In this document: piece by piece, positions 55,798-64,000 of the stretch
How positions within the stretch are numbered: position 1 is the first letter of the stretch
Layout: each line of letters starts with the position of its first letter
Assembly: GCA_001776545.1 (NCBI GenBank)
Contig: MFBZ01000016.1
Coordinates: forward strand, 1,088 to 65,087
Direction: 5' to 3'
Length of the DNA stretch: 64,000 nt
Source of the DNA: Candidatus Curtissbacteria bacterium RIFCSPLOWO2_12_FULL_41_16
Lineage (GTDB): Bacteria > Patescibacteriota > Microgenomatia > Curtissbacterales > GWA2-41-24
Position numbers and translations under genes: made by a program
Notes under the pieces: model-generated
The model's database searches: none
What the model was told of the DNA's origin: nothing
Seen by the model: only the letters and a program-made list of their open reading frames with translations

Positions 55798-56061
55798 TTA
55801 CTTAGGTAATCCTAATTTTCCAATAATATCTTTATAGCGATCCGGTGCTTTTCTCGTCAGATAATGAAGTAATCTTCGTCTTTTATTGATCATCGAAAGT
55901 AGTCCTCTTCTGGAGTGGTTGTCATGAGCGTGGGATTTAAGATGATCAGCAACGTTGTCTATTCTTTGGGATATAAGGGCGACCTGTACTTCGGGGGAGC
56001 CTGTATCTCCTTCATGTGTTTTGAATTTATCTATTATCTGCTTTTTTGTATTTTGTGCCAT
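55798..56061 (-). CDS. rpsO: 30S ribosomal protein S15
   Basis: HEGDTGSPEVQVALISQRI..L..HLK.H..D..SRRGLL.....RRRLL.YL. Confidence 0.95.
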   Translation of the reverse strand: MAQNTKKQIIDKFKTHEGDTGSPEVQVALISQRIDNVADHLKSHAHDNHSRRGLLSMINKRRRLLHYLTRKAPDRYKDIIGKLGLPK

Positions 56062-56119
56062 AGTTTAGTTTATAGAAAGTAGAGTTAAGACTTTAGAAAC
56101 AGAAAATAGTATAACCAGA

Positions 56120-57043
56120 TCAGTTCTCGCTGTCAAAGGATTTTGAGCCCTTATAAATTTTGGGTGGTTTGAGCCAGTCTTCTTCAGAGTCCTCAAAAGA
56201 TTTATAAAAATCAGCAGGTTTTATGTGGGCTTTAGGTTGGAATTCTGAAGTTGATGGTTGACTGACGAAACTCGGGTTCCTAAAAGTCTTACTAAGTTGG
56301 TTAGCAAGACTGGCTTTACCAGCGCCAAATTTAACTAACCAAGCGGCTGTCTGAAAACTTGCCGGACTAGACTTTGCAGGTGAAAAATTTGACGTTGCAT
56401 CAACAATGCCCACAAACAGGTTAAAAGCGATGTCCTGATCTATAGGAAGCGCTAAGTCTTGCAGGATCAAACCTGTTATCTCGCTGAGACTTGCTGCTTG
56501 CGGATTGCAAATATCTACTTGAGCAAATTTTTGTTTCACATCTTCTCTATTGATATTCACTATCCATACAGTTGAGTCTATATTTTGTTCGTGAGTAATA
56601 AGTCTGGTCAAATCTTCCAAGGACTTGTTCCCAATAGAGAAAATCAGGTCTGGTTTTGATAGAGTTTCTTCAAATTTAAGTTGTTCTTGAGAGACCCCAG
56701 TAGTTCCAGGAAACGAGTGGATAACAATCTTTAATTTGTTACCGTCTAAAAAATAAGTCACCTTATCGACATTTTGGACTGCATTTTCAACAACAACAAC
56801 TAGGTTCTTTTTACCTGCAGGCTTGCCAATTTTATCAACGCCATAAAGTGTTTTTGCATCAGATACCTGTGGCGACTTTGCGAATATGGAAACGTTTTTG
56901 CCTAATTTTTGGCAGGAAAGACAAATCGCCAGCCCCGCGGCAAGTCCATCAAAACCAGAATTTTCGGAAACAGCAACCAAAACGGCTTCTGCTTTGGTTA
57001 AACTTTCAAGGGTTTTCTCTTTTGAATTTTGATCCATAAACAT
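56120..57043 (-). CDS. DHH/DHHA1-family (NrnA-like) protein with degenerate catalytic motifs
   Basis: Collinear with NrnA. Motif I position reads VSENSGFDGLAAG instead of H.H..PD.DA.GS. Motif II reads VVVVENA instead of ivvDt. Motif III reads VIHSF instead of iDHH. The DHHA1 GGGH position reads FGAGK. Confidence 0.55.
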   Translation of the reverse strand: MFMDQNSKEKTLESLTKAEAVLVAVSENSGFDGLAAGLAICLSCQKLGKNVSIFAKSPQVSDAKTLYGVDKIGKPAGKKNLVVVVENAVQNVDKVTYFLDGNKLKIVIHSFPGTTGVSQEQLKFEETLSKPDLIFSIGNKSLEDLTRLITHEQNIDSTVWIVNINREDVKQKFAQVDICNPQAASLSEITGLILQDLALPIDQDIAFNLFVGIVDATSNFSPAKSSPASFQTAAWLVKFGAGKASLANQLSKTFRNPSFVSQPSTSEFQPKAHIKPADFYKSFEDSEEDWLKPPKIYKGSKSFDSEN

Positions 57044-57138
57044 GGAGATGGGGCAGAATCCCGATTTATCTTAGTGCTCGCCTTTGGGTACTATTCGTAC
57101 ACGGCTAATGCCTTGATTCTAGCGATACAAGTAAAATT

Positions 57139-58569
57139 TTACCCCAATGATTCTATAATATCACCAATTCTCACGTCAAGGCTTGGATTAATACCAATTC
57201 CACAGTCTTGACCATTAGTTACCTGTTCGAGGTCTTTTTTAAATCTTTTTAATGAAACAATCTTTGCCTCTTGTTTAAGGTTATCTCTTTTTAAGAGTAT
57301 TTGGTCGCCGATTTTCAACCTGCCATGAGTTACTTTGGCGCCAGCTATCTTTTTGCCATCTACGTCGAAGGTGGCAACTACTTTAGCGCGACCGATAATT
57401 TTTAATTCATGTTTTGCCTGTTCATAGAGTGCGACGACATCTTGCATGTCGGAAAGTAGTTCATAAATAACATTATAATTTTTGATCACGACTCCCTCTC
57501 TTTCCGCTTGAGATTTAATTTGGCCATTAATTTTAAGATTAAATGCCAAAATTGGAGCATTGGCAAGTTTGGCAACAACAATGTCGCCGCTTTTAACCTC
57601 ACCCAACCCCGAGGAAACAACTAATAAATTCTTCGGTAGGTTGCTCATAATGGCCTCAAGAGAACCAGCGACATCAGCTTTAATAACTACTTTGAAGCTT
57701 TCTTTGGCCTCTTCGGATTTGGCGATAATATCGGCAATAGTTTTGGCAGGTTGACCGGCTTTCGATTTTGTCAGAGTAAGATCGCTAACAATACCACCAA
57801 TATCAAATATTTTTTTAAATCCTAAAATTTCGACTGGTTTGCCCGGTTGTGCTTTGTCAACATTCTGATCCTTGTCGTCAATTAAAGCGCGGACTGTAAT
57901 AATCTCGGAATCGACCGTTATTTTTTGACCGACTGCAAGCGTACCTTTTTTAACAATAACAGTAACTACTGGCCCGCGTTTTTTATCTAAAAATGATTCA
58001 ACGACAACAGCCTCCAAGGGATCTTCTGGAAGGTAGGGCTGCGGTGAAAGTTGCCAGACTAAAAGAACAACCTCAAGAAGTTCGGTGATTCCCTTATTTT
58101 TTGGTGCGGCAACTTCGACCTCGGGAACTTGGCCGCCGAAGCTTTCAAGAATAATATTTTGGTCTTGGAGCTGTTTTTTTATCCGATCGATGTTGATATC
58201 AGGAAGATCAGTTTTAGTGATTGCGACAATTGACGGCTTGTCTGCTTTTTTAATGTGTTTAATGGCCTCGATAGTTTGAGGTTTAACCCCATCGTTGGCG
58301 GCAACCACTAGAATAACGATGTCGGCAACTTCTGCGCCACGAGAACGCATTTTTTCGAATGCGGCATGTCCGGGTGTATCAATAAAAGTAATAGGTTTAT
58401 CTTGAAAAATTATCTGATAGGCACCAATATGTTGGGTTATGCCACCATGCTCTGTGGCAACAACATTGGTTCTGCGGATTGTGTCAAGAAGGGTAGTTTT
58501 ACCGTGGTCGACATGACCCATAAGGGTAACAATTGGCGGACGAATATCGGTATCTGGTTTCTGGTTCAT
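57139..58569 (-). CDS. infB: translation initiation factor IF-2, short form (G domain onward)
   Basis: [22 protein letters not shown] motifs and IF-2 domains II-IV. 476 aa with no N-terminal extension. Confidence 0.9.
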   Translation of the reverse strand: MNQKPDTDIRPPIVTLMGHVDHGKTTLLDTIRRTNVVATEHGGITQHIGAYQIIFQDKPITFIDTPGHAAFEKMRSRGAEVADIVILVVAANDGVKPQTIEAIKHIKKADKPSIVAITKTDLPDINIDRIKKQLQDQNIILESFGGQVPEVEVAAPKNKGITELLEVVLLVWQLSPQPYLPEDPLEAVVVESFLDKKRGPVVTVIVKKGTLAVGQKITVDSEIITVRALIDDKDQNVDKAQPGKPVEILGFKKIFDIGGIVSDLTLTKSKAGQPAKTIADIIAKSEEAKESFKVVIKADVAGSLEAIMSNLPKNLLVVSSGLGEVKSGDIVVAKLANAPILAFNLKINGQIKSQAEREGVVIKNYNVIYELLSDMQDVVALYEQAKHELKIIGRAKVVATFDVDGKKIAGAKVTHGRLKIGDQILLKRDNLKQEAKIVSLKRFKKDLEQVTNGQDCGIGINPSLDVRIGDIIESLG

Positions 58570-58603
58570 GATTATTGGTTTCTAAGACGACAAAGCTTTT
58601 CAT

Positions 58604-59953
58604 TTAACTAGACTCGTCGCCATCAGCGTTGTTGGAAGTTGTTTCATCTTTTATCACTGATGGCGTAGGAGATTCTGGGGGCACTGAGGTAGTTGTCGAC
58701 TGTTTTGATTCTGTGCTTTCATTTCCTTTTGTGCCTTCCGTTCCTTTTGTGCCTTCCGTGATCGTTTTTTCGTCCTGATCGCTTGTGGAAATTGTCTGAT
58801 CATCTATATTTCGAACTGGTTGGCTGATCTTGCGACTCACTGAGTCATCTGCCGGTTTCTTTTGATCGCCTTTTGCGCTTGATTTTTCCGTTGTCCCCTT
58901 ATCATTGGTTTTTGATAGCTTTGATGCTTTTAATCCCTCTTCAATAACTCCTAGGGCCTTTTTGGCCTCAGCTTGAGCTTTTCTTTCTTTGGCCTCAACT
59001 TCTTTAGGCAAACCACTTTTGCCGCGAATATCAATTTTATATCCGGTAAGTTTGTGAGCAAGCCGCACATTTTGGCCTTCTTTACCGATTGCCAGTGAAA
59101 GTTGGTCATCAGGTGCGGTAACTTCTGCGGTTTTTTCTTTTTCGTTTACTTTTACTTGTAAATCCTTCGCGGGTGAAAGAGCGGCTCTGATAAACTCTGA
59201 CGGGTCTTCTTGATAAGCGATGACGTCGATTTTCTCGTCACTAAGTTCATTAATAACAGCCTGGACTCTAACGCCTTTTTGACCAACACATGAACCAACT
59301 GGATCAACGCCGAGTTGGCGCGAGGCGACGGCAACTTTGGATCTTGAGCCGGCTTCTCTGGCAACGGTTTTAATTTCTACAATACCTTGCGCAATTTCCG
59401 GAACTTCTTGTTTGAAAATACCTTCCAGGAGACCATTAGCGCTTCTTGAAATAATAATTTCTTCTCCCCTTGCTCCTTCTTTAATACCAACAACATAAAA
59501 TTTCAAGCGTTGGTTTACATAATATTTTTCATTGTGAGCTTGTTCTGCGGGTGGCATAATACCTTCGGCCTTGCCAAGATTGACCGTGATCACTTGACCG
59601 GCAATTCTTTGAATAATTCCGGAAACAATGGTGCCAACTTTTGATGAATACTCTGTTAAAATGGCATTTTTCTCGGCTTCCCGAATTCTTTGCAAAATGA
59701 CTTGTTTGGCGGTTTGCGCGGCAATTCGGCCAAAACCACTCGGAGTCACATTTTTTTTACCTTTTTGAAGATTTACTTCGCCAGTTGCCGGATCAAGATC
59801 AACGACGATGCCTTCGGGCTCTCCGTAATCTTTGCGGTAAGCAGCCAGAATGGCTTGTTTGATAGAGTCGATAACGACTTCGGGTTCGATTCCCCGTTCG
59901 GAGCAAACCTGATTTAGGGCTGATGCGAATTCTGTTCGAGCTTGTATGGCCAT
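58604..59953 (-). CDS. nusA: transcription termination/antitermination factor NusA with low-complexity C-terminal tail
   Basis: NusA N-domain, S1 and two KH domains (GxxG: GKEGQNVRLA). The tail holds the GTKGTE repeat. Confidence 0.9.
   Translation of the reverse strand: MAIQARTEFASALNQVCSERGIEPEVVIDSIKQAILAAYRKDYGEPEGIVVDLDPATGEVNLQKGKKNVTPSGFGRIAAQTAKQVILQRIREAEKNAILTEYSSKVGTIVSGIIQRIAGQVITVNLGKAEGIMPPAEQAHNEKYYVNQRLKFYVVGIKEGARGEEIIISRSANGLLEGIFKQEVPEIAQGIVEIKTVAREAGSRSKVAVASRQLGVDPVGSCVGQKGVRVQAVINELSDEKIDVIAYQEDPSEFIRAALSPAKDLQVKVNEKEKTAEVTAPDDQLSLAIGKEGQNVRLAHKLTGYKIDIRGKSGLPKEVEAKERKAQAEAKKALGVIEEGLKASKLSKTNDKGTTEKSSAKGDQKKPADDSVSRKISQPVRNIDDQTISTSDQDEKTITEGTKGTEGTKGNESTESKQSTTTSVPPESPTPSVIKDETTSNNADGDESS
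58724..58759. repeat. 18-nt tandem duplication in the nusA tail
   Basis: tccttttgtgccttccgt occurs twice, encoding GTKGTE twice. Confidence 0.7.
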
Positions 59954-59961
59954 TCTACTTG

Positions 59962-59983
59962 GAGAAAAGCTAAAGCTTTTCTC
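59962..59983 (-). promoter_or_regulatory. perfect 9-bp hairpin 9 nt upstream of the nusA start codon
   Basis: gagaaaagc-taaa-gcttttctc occupies the position of the ribosome-binding site. Confidence 0.4.
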
Positions 59984-60057
59984 GATATTCCTCTTTCCCT
60001 GCTAGATTTAAATTTAATTTTTAACTAATTATTTTCTTTGTAGTTTTTGCGATATTC

Positions 60058-60078
60058 AAAAAAAGGCGCATGCGCGCC
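60058..60078 (-). terminator. rho-independent terminator downstream of dnaJ
   Basis: On the minus transcript, GGCGC-GCAU-GCGCC then U7. Lies 70 nt after the dnaJ stop. Confidence 0.6.
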
Positions 60079-60148
60079 TTAGACTCTTGCCGAACTAAAA
60101 TGCAAAAGAATTTTAGCAAAATAGGATACTTTCAGTCAACTTCCGTGA

Positions 60149-61015
60149 TTAAGATCTTTCCAACTCCTCAAGAAGTCTTTTTTGGTCGTGGGAGAGTTTT
60201 GTGGGGATGCGGATCCGGATAATGACGTAATGGTCGCCGCGGGCATGACCTGCGACACGGTGAACCCCTTTGTTTCTTAGTCTAATTTGAGTGCCGGGTT
60301 GGGTACCTGCAGGAATGCGAATTTTGACTGGACCATCAATAGTTTCAATATTGGCAACGGTCCCCAGCGCTGCTTGGGCGAAAGAAACTTCATGCTCACT
60401 AATAATATCGTAACCTCTTCTTTTAAACTTAGGGTGTGGGGAAACTTGACAGACAATAACAAAGTTTGAAAAACGGATTTCGGAACCGTCGTCAACACCA
60501 GCTGGAATTTTAATTTTTTGTCTTTTGCCCGCTTCGCCGCGAGGCGAGCCATCTATTTCAATTTCTTTCTGTGTGCCATGAACTGCCTCCATAAAGTCTA
60601 AATTGAGGATATAGCGAGAAAGACGAGCACGTCTGCCGAAAGGCGATCTTTCTCCGAAGACCATTTCAAAAATATCAAAAGGGTCAGAAAAACCGCCGAA
60701 ATCAAAGTCAAAATCGCCGGGTGAGCCAGTCCAAGTGTAAGTTCGAAATCCGCCTGGCCCTGCGCTAGCACCGCCGAAGCCGCCACCTGGCTGAAACGCT
60801 GCGTGACCAAATTGATCGTAGGCGGACTTTTTCTGAGGGTCAGATAAAACTTGATAGGCTTCGTTTGTTTCTTTAAACTTTTCTTCCGCACCTGCTGATT
60901 TGTTGACGTCTGGGTGATACTTGCGCGCATTGACCCGGTAGGCTTTTTTTATTTCCTCGGGGGTTGCTGATTTGGAAACTCCCAAAATTTCATAGTAATC
61001 TGCTTCTGTTGCCAT
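60149..61015 (-). CDS. dnaJ: DnaJ-like co-chaperone (J domain + G/F region + C-terminal domains; no Cys-rich zinc-finger domain)
   Basis: J domain DYYEILGV...HPD. Gly/Phe-rich linker. No CxxCxGxG repeats. 288 aa. Confidence 0.85.
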   Translation of the reverse strand: MATEADYYEILGVSKSATPEEIKKAYRVNARKYHPDVNKSAGAEEKFKETNEAYQVLSDPQKKSAYDQFGHAAFQPGGGFGGASAGPGGFRTYTWTGSPGDFDFDFGGFSDPFDIFEMVFGERSPFGRRARLSRYILNLDFMEAVHGTQKEIEIDGSPRGEAGKRQKIKIPAGVDDGSEIRFSNFVIVCQVSPHPKFKRRGYDIISEHEVSFAQAALGTVANIETIDGPVKIRIPAGTQPGTQIRLRNKGVHRVAGHARGDHYVIIRIRIPTKLSHDQKRLLEELERS

Positions 61016-61096
61016 ATATAAAATTAATTTCTAATTTCCAATAACCAATTTCTAATGTTTAATCTTAAAACATTTTGTCATTGGGGTTTGATTAGG

Positions 61097-61528
61097 TCAA
61101 TTAGAAATTTTCTTTCCTTGGAGATCTTGACCACCATAAGTTGCTGTTGTCTTATTAACTTTAAACTCAAGTTGACTAACTGAATTTTTATCACTTAAAA
61201 GTTCAATTTTGTAGGTGCCAGCAACAGGTAGGGGGAAATTAACAAGCTCAGTCATTAAATTGGCCTTGCCATTTTGGCCTAAAGTGACTTTGATTTCTCT
61301 GTCTGGAAATTTTTGTTCGGTTTCTTGCTGGGGGGTTAGTTTTAAGGTAAGTGGGTATTCCCTACCTGGTTCACCTTTTAAAACTGCGACCAGAAACATT
61401 CTGGGCCAGGAAGTTGGCAAATTGGCAACAAAAAATTGGTCGAAAATGCCAATTACTGAGAGCTTCTGCTCCTGAGAAACAGTGGCCAAATCGCATAAAA
61501 CAAATATCTCCGCTTGAAGTTTGTCCAC
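61097..61528 (-). CDS. hypothetical protein inserted between dnaK and dnaJ
   Basis: 143-aa ORF flanked by 2 nt (dnaK) and 81 nt (dnaJ). No recognised domain. Confidence 0.5.
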   Translation of the reverse strand: MDKLQAEIFVLCDLATVSQEQKLSVIGIFDQFFVANLPTSWPRMFLVAVLKGEPGREYPLTLKLTPQQETEQKFPDREIKVTLGQNGKANLMTELVNFPLPVAGTYKIELLSDKNSVSQLEFKVNKTTATYGGQDLQGKKISN

Positions 61529-61530
61529 AA

Positions 61531-63447
61531 TTATTCCTTCACCACTTCGCCTTCCTGGACATCGCCTGTGTCTGATTTAGCATCTTGAGTTTGCCCGTCG
61601 GTCTGACCTTTTTCGTCCATAGGACGATCAGCCCCTGGCTGAGACTCTGTCCTTTGACCCTTATACATGGACTCGCCTATTTTGGAGAGGACGCCAGAGA
61701 GTTCTTCGGTTTTTGTCTTGACCTCATCGAGTGGGCCGGCTGCCTGAATTTCTTTGAGAGCTTTAATCTTTTCTTCGACTTCGGTTTTGACTTCAGTCGG
61801 AACTTTGTCGCCGGCATCTTTGAGGGCTTTCTCGGCTTGGTAAACAAGGGCATCGGCTTTATTTCTGGTTTCGATTTCTTCCTTTTTGGCCTCATCTTCT
61901 TTGGCGTGCTCCTCGGCTTCTTTGGTCATCCTTTCGATTTCTTCGCTGGTCAATCCAGTACTACCTGTAATTTTGATGGACTGTTCTTTGCCTGTTGCCT
62001 TGTCGCGCGCCTTAACGTTTAAAATACCATTGGCGTCAAGATCGAAAGCGACCTCGATTTGGGGAATACCACGGGGGGCTGGAGGAATACCATCGAGAAT
62101 AAAACGGCCGAGAGATTTGTTGTCTTGCGCCATGGGTCTTTCGCCCTGCAAAACATTAATTTCGACTGATGTTTGGTTGTCGGAAGCAGTTGAGAAGATT
62201 TCTGATTTTGACGTGGGGATTGTGGTGTTTCTTTGGATAAGAGCAGTGGAGACACCACCTAAGGTTTCAATACCCAGTGTTAATGGAGTAACATCAAGAA
62301 GGACCATTTCCTTCATTTCGCCACCCAGAACAGCGCCTTGAACGGCAGCGCCGACGGCAACGACTTCGTCCGGGTTAATTCCTTTGTGGGGTTCTTTACC
62401 GAAGAATTCTTGGACTTTGGTATTTACAAGGGGCATTCTGGTCATGCCGCCAACAAGGATAACTTCGTCAACTTTAGCCGCGTCCATCTTGGCATCTTTA
62501 AGACAGGCTTTAACCGGTCCGAAAGTCTTTTCGACGAGATCGCCGACGATTGATTCAAGCTTGGCGCGCGAAAGTTTGAGTTGCAGATGTTTGGGGCCGG
62601 TTTGGTCGGCAGTTAGATAGGGAATGGAAATTTCTGATTCGGTGGTAGTGGAAAGCTCAATTTTAGCTTTTTCGGCTGCGTCCCGAAGCCTTTGGAGTGC
62701 GGGTCTATCTTTGGTGATATCGATACCTGATTCCTTTTTAAATTCTTCAACCAAATATTCGACAATTTTGGAATCAAAATCGTCACCGCCAAGATGGGTA
62801 TCGCCGTTGGTAGCTTTAACTTCAAAAACACCTTCGCCAAGTTCCAAAATAGAAATATCAAAAGTACCACCACCAAGGTCGTATACGGCAATAGTGTGGG
62901 CGTGGGATTTATCAAGGCCGTAGGCTAAAGCGGCGGCGGTCGGCTCATTGATAATACGCTCAACTTTAAGCCCGGCAATTTCTCCAGCTTGCTTTGTTGC
63001 TTGACGTTGAGAATCATCGAAATAGGCAGGAACCGTAATAACGGCTTTTTCAACTTTACCGCCAAGATAGCTTTCGGCATCGGCTTTAAGTTTTTGTAAG
63101 ATCATTGCGGAAATTTCCTGAGGAGTATAATCTTTGTTTTCAACATTAATGACAGCCATGACATCGCGGCCTTCTTTAATATCATAGGGGAGCCACTTGA
63201 TATCTCTTTGAACTTCCGGATCTTTGTATTTGCGACCCATTAACCGTTTGATGGAAAAAATGGTGGTTTTGGGATTAACAATCATTTGGCGTTTGGCGAC
63301 ATCGCCAACGATGTGTTTTGAGACGTCAACTACCGACGGGATAATATTTCTGCCTTCTGCAGAGTGAATCACCTTGGGCTTGCCAGCCTCGATGACGGCA
63401 ACTACGGAATTTGTTGTTCCTAGATCGATACCGATGATTTTTGACAT
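61531..63447 (-). CDS. dnaK: molecular chaperone DnaK (Hsp70)
   Basis: [18 protein letters not shown], and a lid with a C-terminal charged tail. 638 aa. Confidence 0.95.
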   Translation of the reverse strand: MSKIIGIDLGTTNSVVAVIEAGKPKVIHSAEGRNIIPSVVDVSKHIVGDVAKRQMIVNPKTTIFSIKRLMGRKYKDPEVQRDIKWLPYDIKEGRDVMAVINVENKDYTPQEISAMILQKLKADAESYLGGKVEKAVITVPAYFDDSQRQATKQAGEIAGLKVERIINEPTAAALAYGLDKSHAHTIAVYDLGGGTFDISILELGEGVFEVKATNGDTHLGGDDFDSKIVEYLVEEFKKESGIDITKDRPALQRLRDAAEKAKIELSTTTESEISIPYLTADQTGPKHLQLKLSRAKLESIVGDLVEKTFGPVKACLKDAKMDAAKVDEVILVGGMTRMPLVNTKVQEFFGKEPHKGINPDEVVAVGAAVQGAVLGGEMKEMVLLDVTPLTLGIETLGGVSTALIQRNTTIPTSKSEIFSTASDNQTSVEINVLQGERPMAQDNKSLGRFILDGIPPAPRGIPQIEVAFDLDANGILNVKARDKATGKEQSIKITGSTGLTSEEIERMTKEAEEHAKEDEAKKEEIETRNKADALVYQAEKALKDAGDKVPTEVKTEVEEKIKALKEIQAAGPLDEVKTKTEELSGVLSKIGESMYKGQRTESQPGADRPMDEKGQTDGQTQDAKSDTGDVQEGEVVKE

Positions 63448-63487
63448 GTTGCGTTTCTTTCAGTCACTTAATGTGAATGCATCCGAA

Positions 63488-63982
63488 TTAGGATTCATTC
63501 GAAGTGTTTTCATTGGGATACATTCTTGATTCTACTTGCTGACCAACCTTCTTTCTCTCAACCACTACTTGCGTGGGCCTAATAACCTTATTATTTATTT
63601 TATAACCTTTTTGCGTAACCTTAACAACCCTTCCTTCGCCAGAACCTTCGACAACATCGGTGGCTTCATGGAAATTTGGATCAAACCTAGCACCCTCTGC
63701 CTGGATTTCCTCTACACCTTCTGCTTTCAAAATCTCTTTGAACTGTTTAATAACAATTTCCAAACCCTGATCATTTAAATGTTTTTGGGCGTTTTCTAAA
63801 TTATCCAAAACCGGCAAAAGCTTTTCTACCAAGATTGCCGACGAGAGTTGACCTAAAAGTTTTCTTTCTTCCTCAACACGCCTTTCTAAATTTCGGTAAT
63901 CCGCCAGAGCACGTTTAAGCTGATCCTCCAAGTGTTTGAGCTGTTCTTCTAGGTAATTATTTTTTGCAACCACTGATTTCAT
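63488..63982 (-). CDS. grpE: nucleotide exchange factor GrpE (N-terminus may extend beyond the window)
   Basis: LKRALADYRNLERR coiled coil and a C-terminal beta domain. The frame stays open up to the window edge. Confidence 0.85.
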   Translation of the reverse strand: MKSVVAKNNYLEEQLKHLEDQLKRALADYRNLERRVEEERKLLGQLSSAILVEKLLPVLDNLENAQKHLNDQGLEIVIKQFKEILKAEGVEEIQAEGARFDPNFHEATDVVEGSGEGRVVKVTQKGYKINNKVIRPTQVVVERKKVGQQVESRMYPNENTSNES

Positions 63983-64000
63983 TGAAGAAATGCCTTGGAT

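Noticed and set aside
1-64000. CRISPR array or rRNA operon
   Set aside because: No run of regularly spaced identical 25-40-nt repeats. No 16S/23S/5S signature stretches. Every long segment is explained by protein-coding genes.

Overview
The window is almost entirely a minus-strand, AT-rich (~40% GC) core-gene region of a reduced bacterial genome. My reading is that it is Patescibacteria/CPR-like. The reasons are: ribosomal protein L30 (rpmD) is missing between rpsE and rplO; there is no rplKAJL/nusG block upstream of rpoB; alaS (589 aa) and infB (476 aa) are short forms; many ribosomal proteins carry lineage-specific extensions; and a sortase is present. TGA is used as a stop codon (rpmJ, tuf and others), so this is the standard genetic code.

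Gene order, with the minus strand transcribed from high to low coordinates:
- grpE-dnaK-(unknown)-dnaJ
- nusA-infB-(degenerate DHH)-rpsO-pnp
- a secreted hypothetical protein
- higBA and an IS21-family element (istA/istB)
- a Lon-like AAA+ gene with no protease domain
- ftsK, a rodZ-like gene
- an IS1595-family transposase next to a RelE/ParE-like toxin cassette
- a YtxH/DUF948 pair and a short alaS
- a locus with a Pro-rich membrane protein, a degenerate FtsA/PilM-like membrane fusion, a sortase and an SDR oxidoreductase
- ruvX-(Zn-ribbon)-mltG
- rpoB-rpoC-(unknown)-rpsL-rpsG-(unknown)-fusA-tuf
- the S10/spc/alpha operons: rpsJ ... rplC-rplD-rplW-rplB-rpsS-rplV-rpsC-rplP-rpmC-rpsQ-rplN-rplX-rplE-rpsN(Z)-rpsH-rplF-rplR-rpsE-rplO-secY-adk-map-infA-rpmJ-rpsM-rpsK-rpsD-rpoA-rplQ-rplM-rpsI
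- a small accessory island at 1-3600 made of short unknown ORFs, two of which are 2TM membrane proteins.

I found no rRNA genes, tRNA genes or CRISPR arrays.

The items I would look at first:
- several uncharacterised genes sit inside otherwise conserved operons (str operon, dnaK operon, between rpoC and rpsL)
- a Lon-type AAA+ module without a protease domain lies next to IS21 and higBA
- the DHH (NrnA-like) homolog in the nusA-infB-rpsO-pnp cluster has every catalytic motif degenerate
- repeated leader elements precede rpsM/rplC and rpsD/rpoA
- GC-rich hairpin motifs are scattered through the spc operon.
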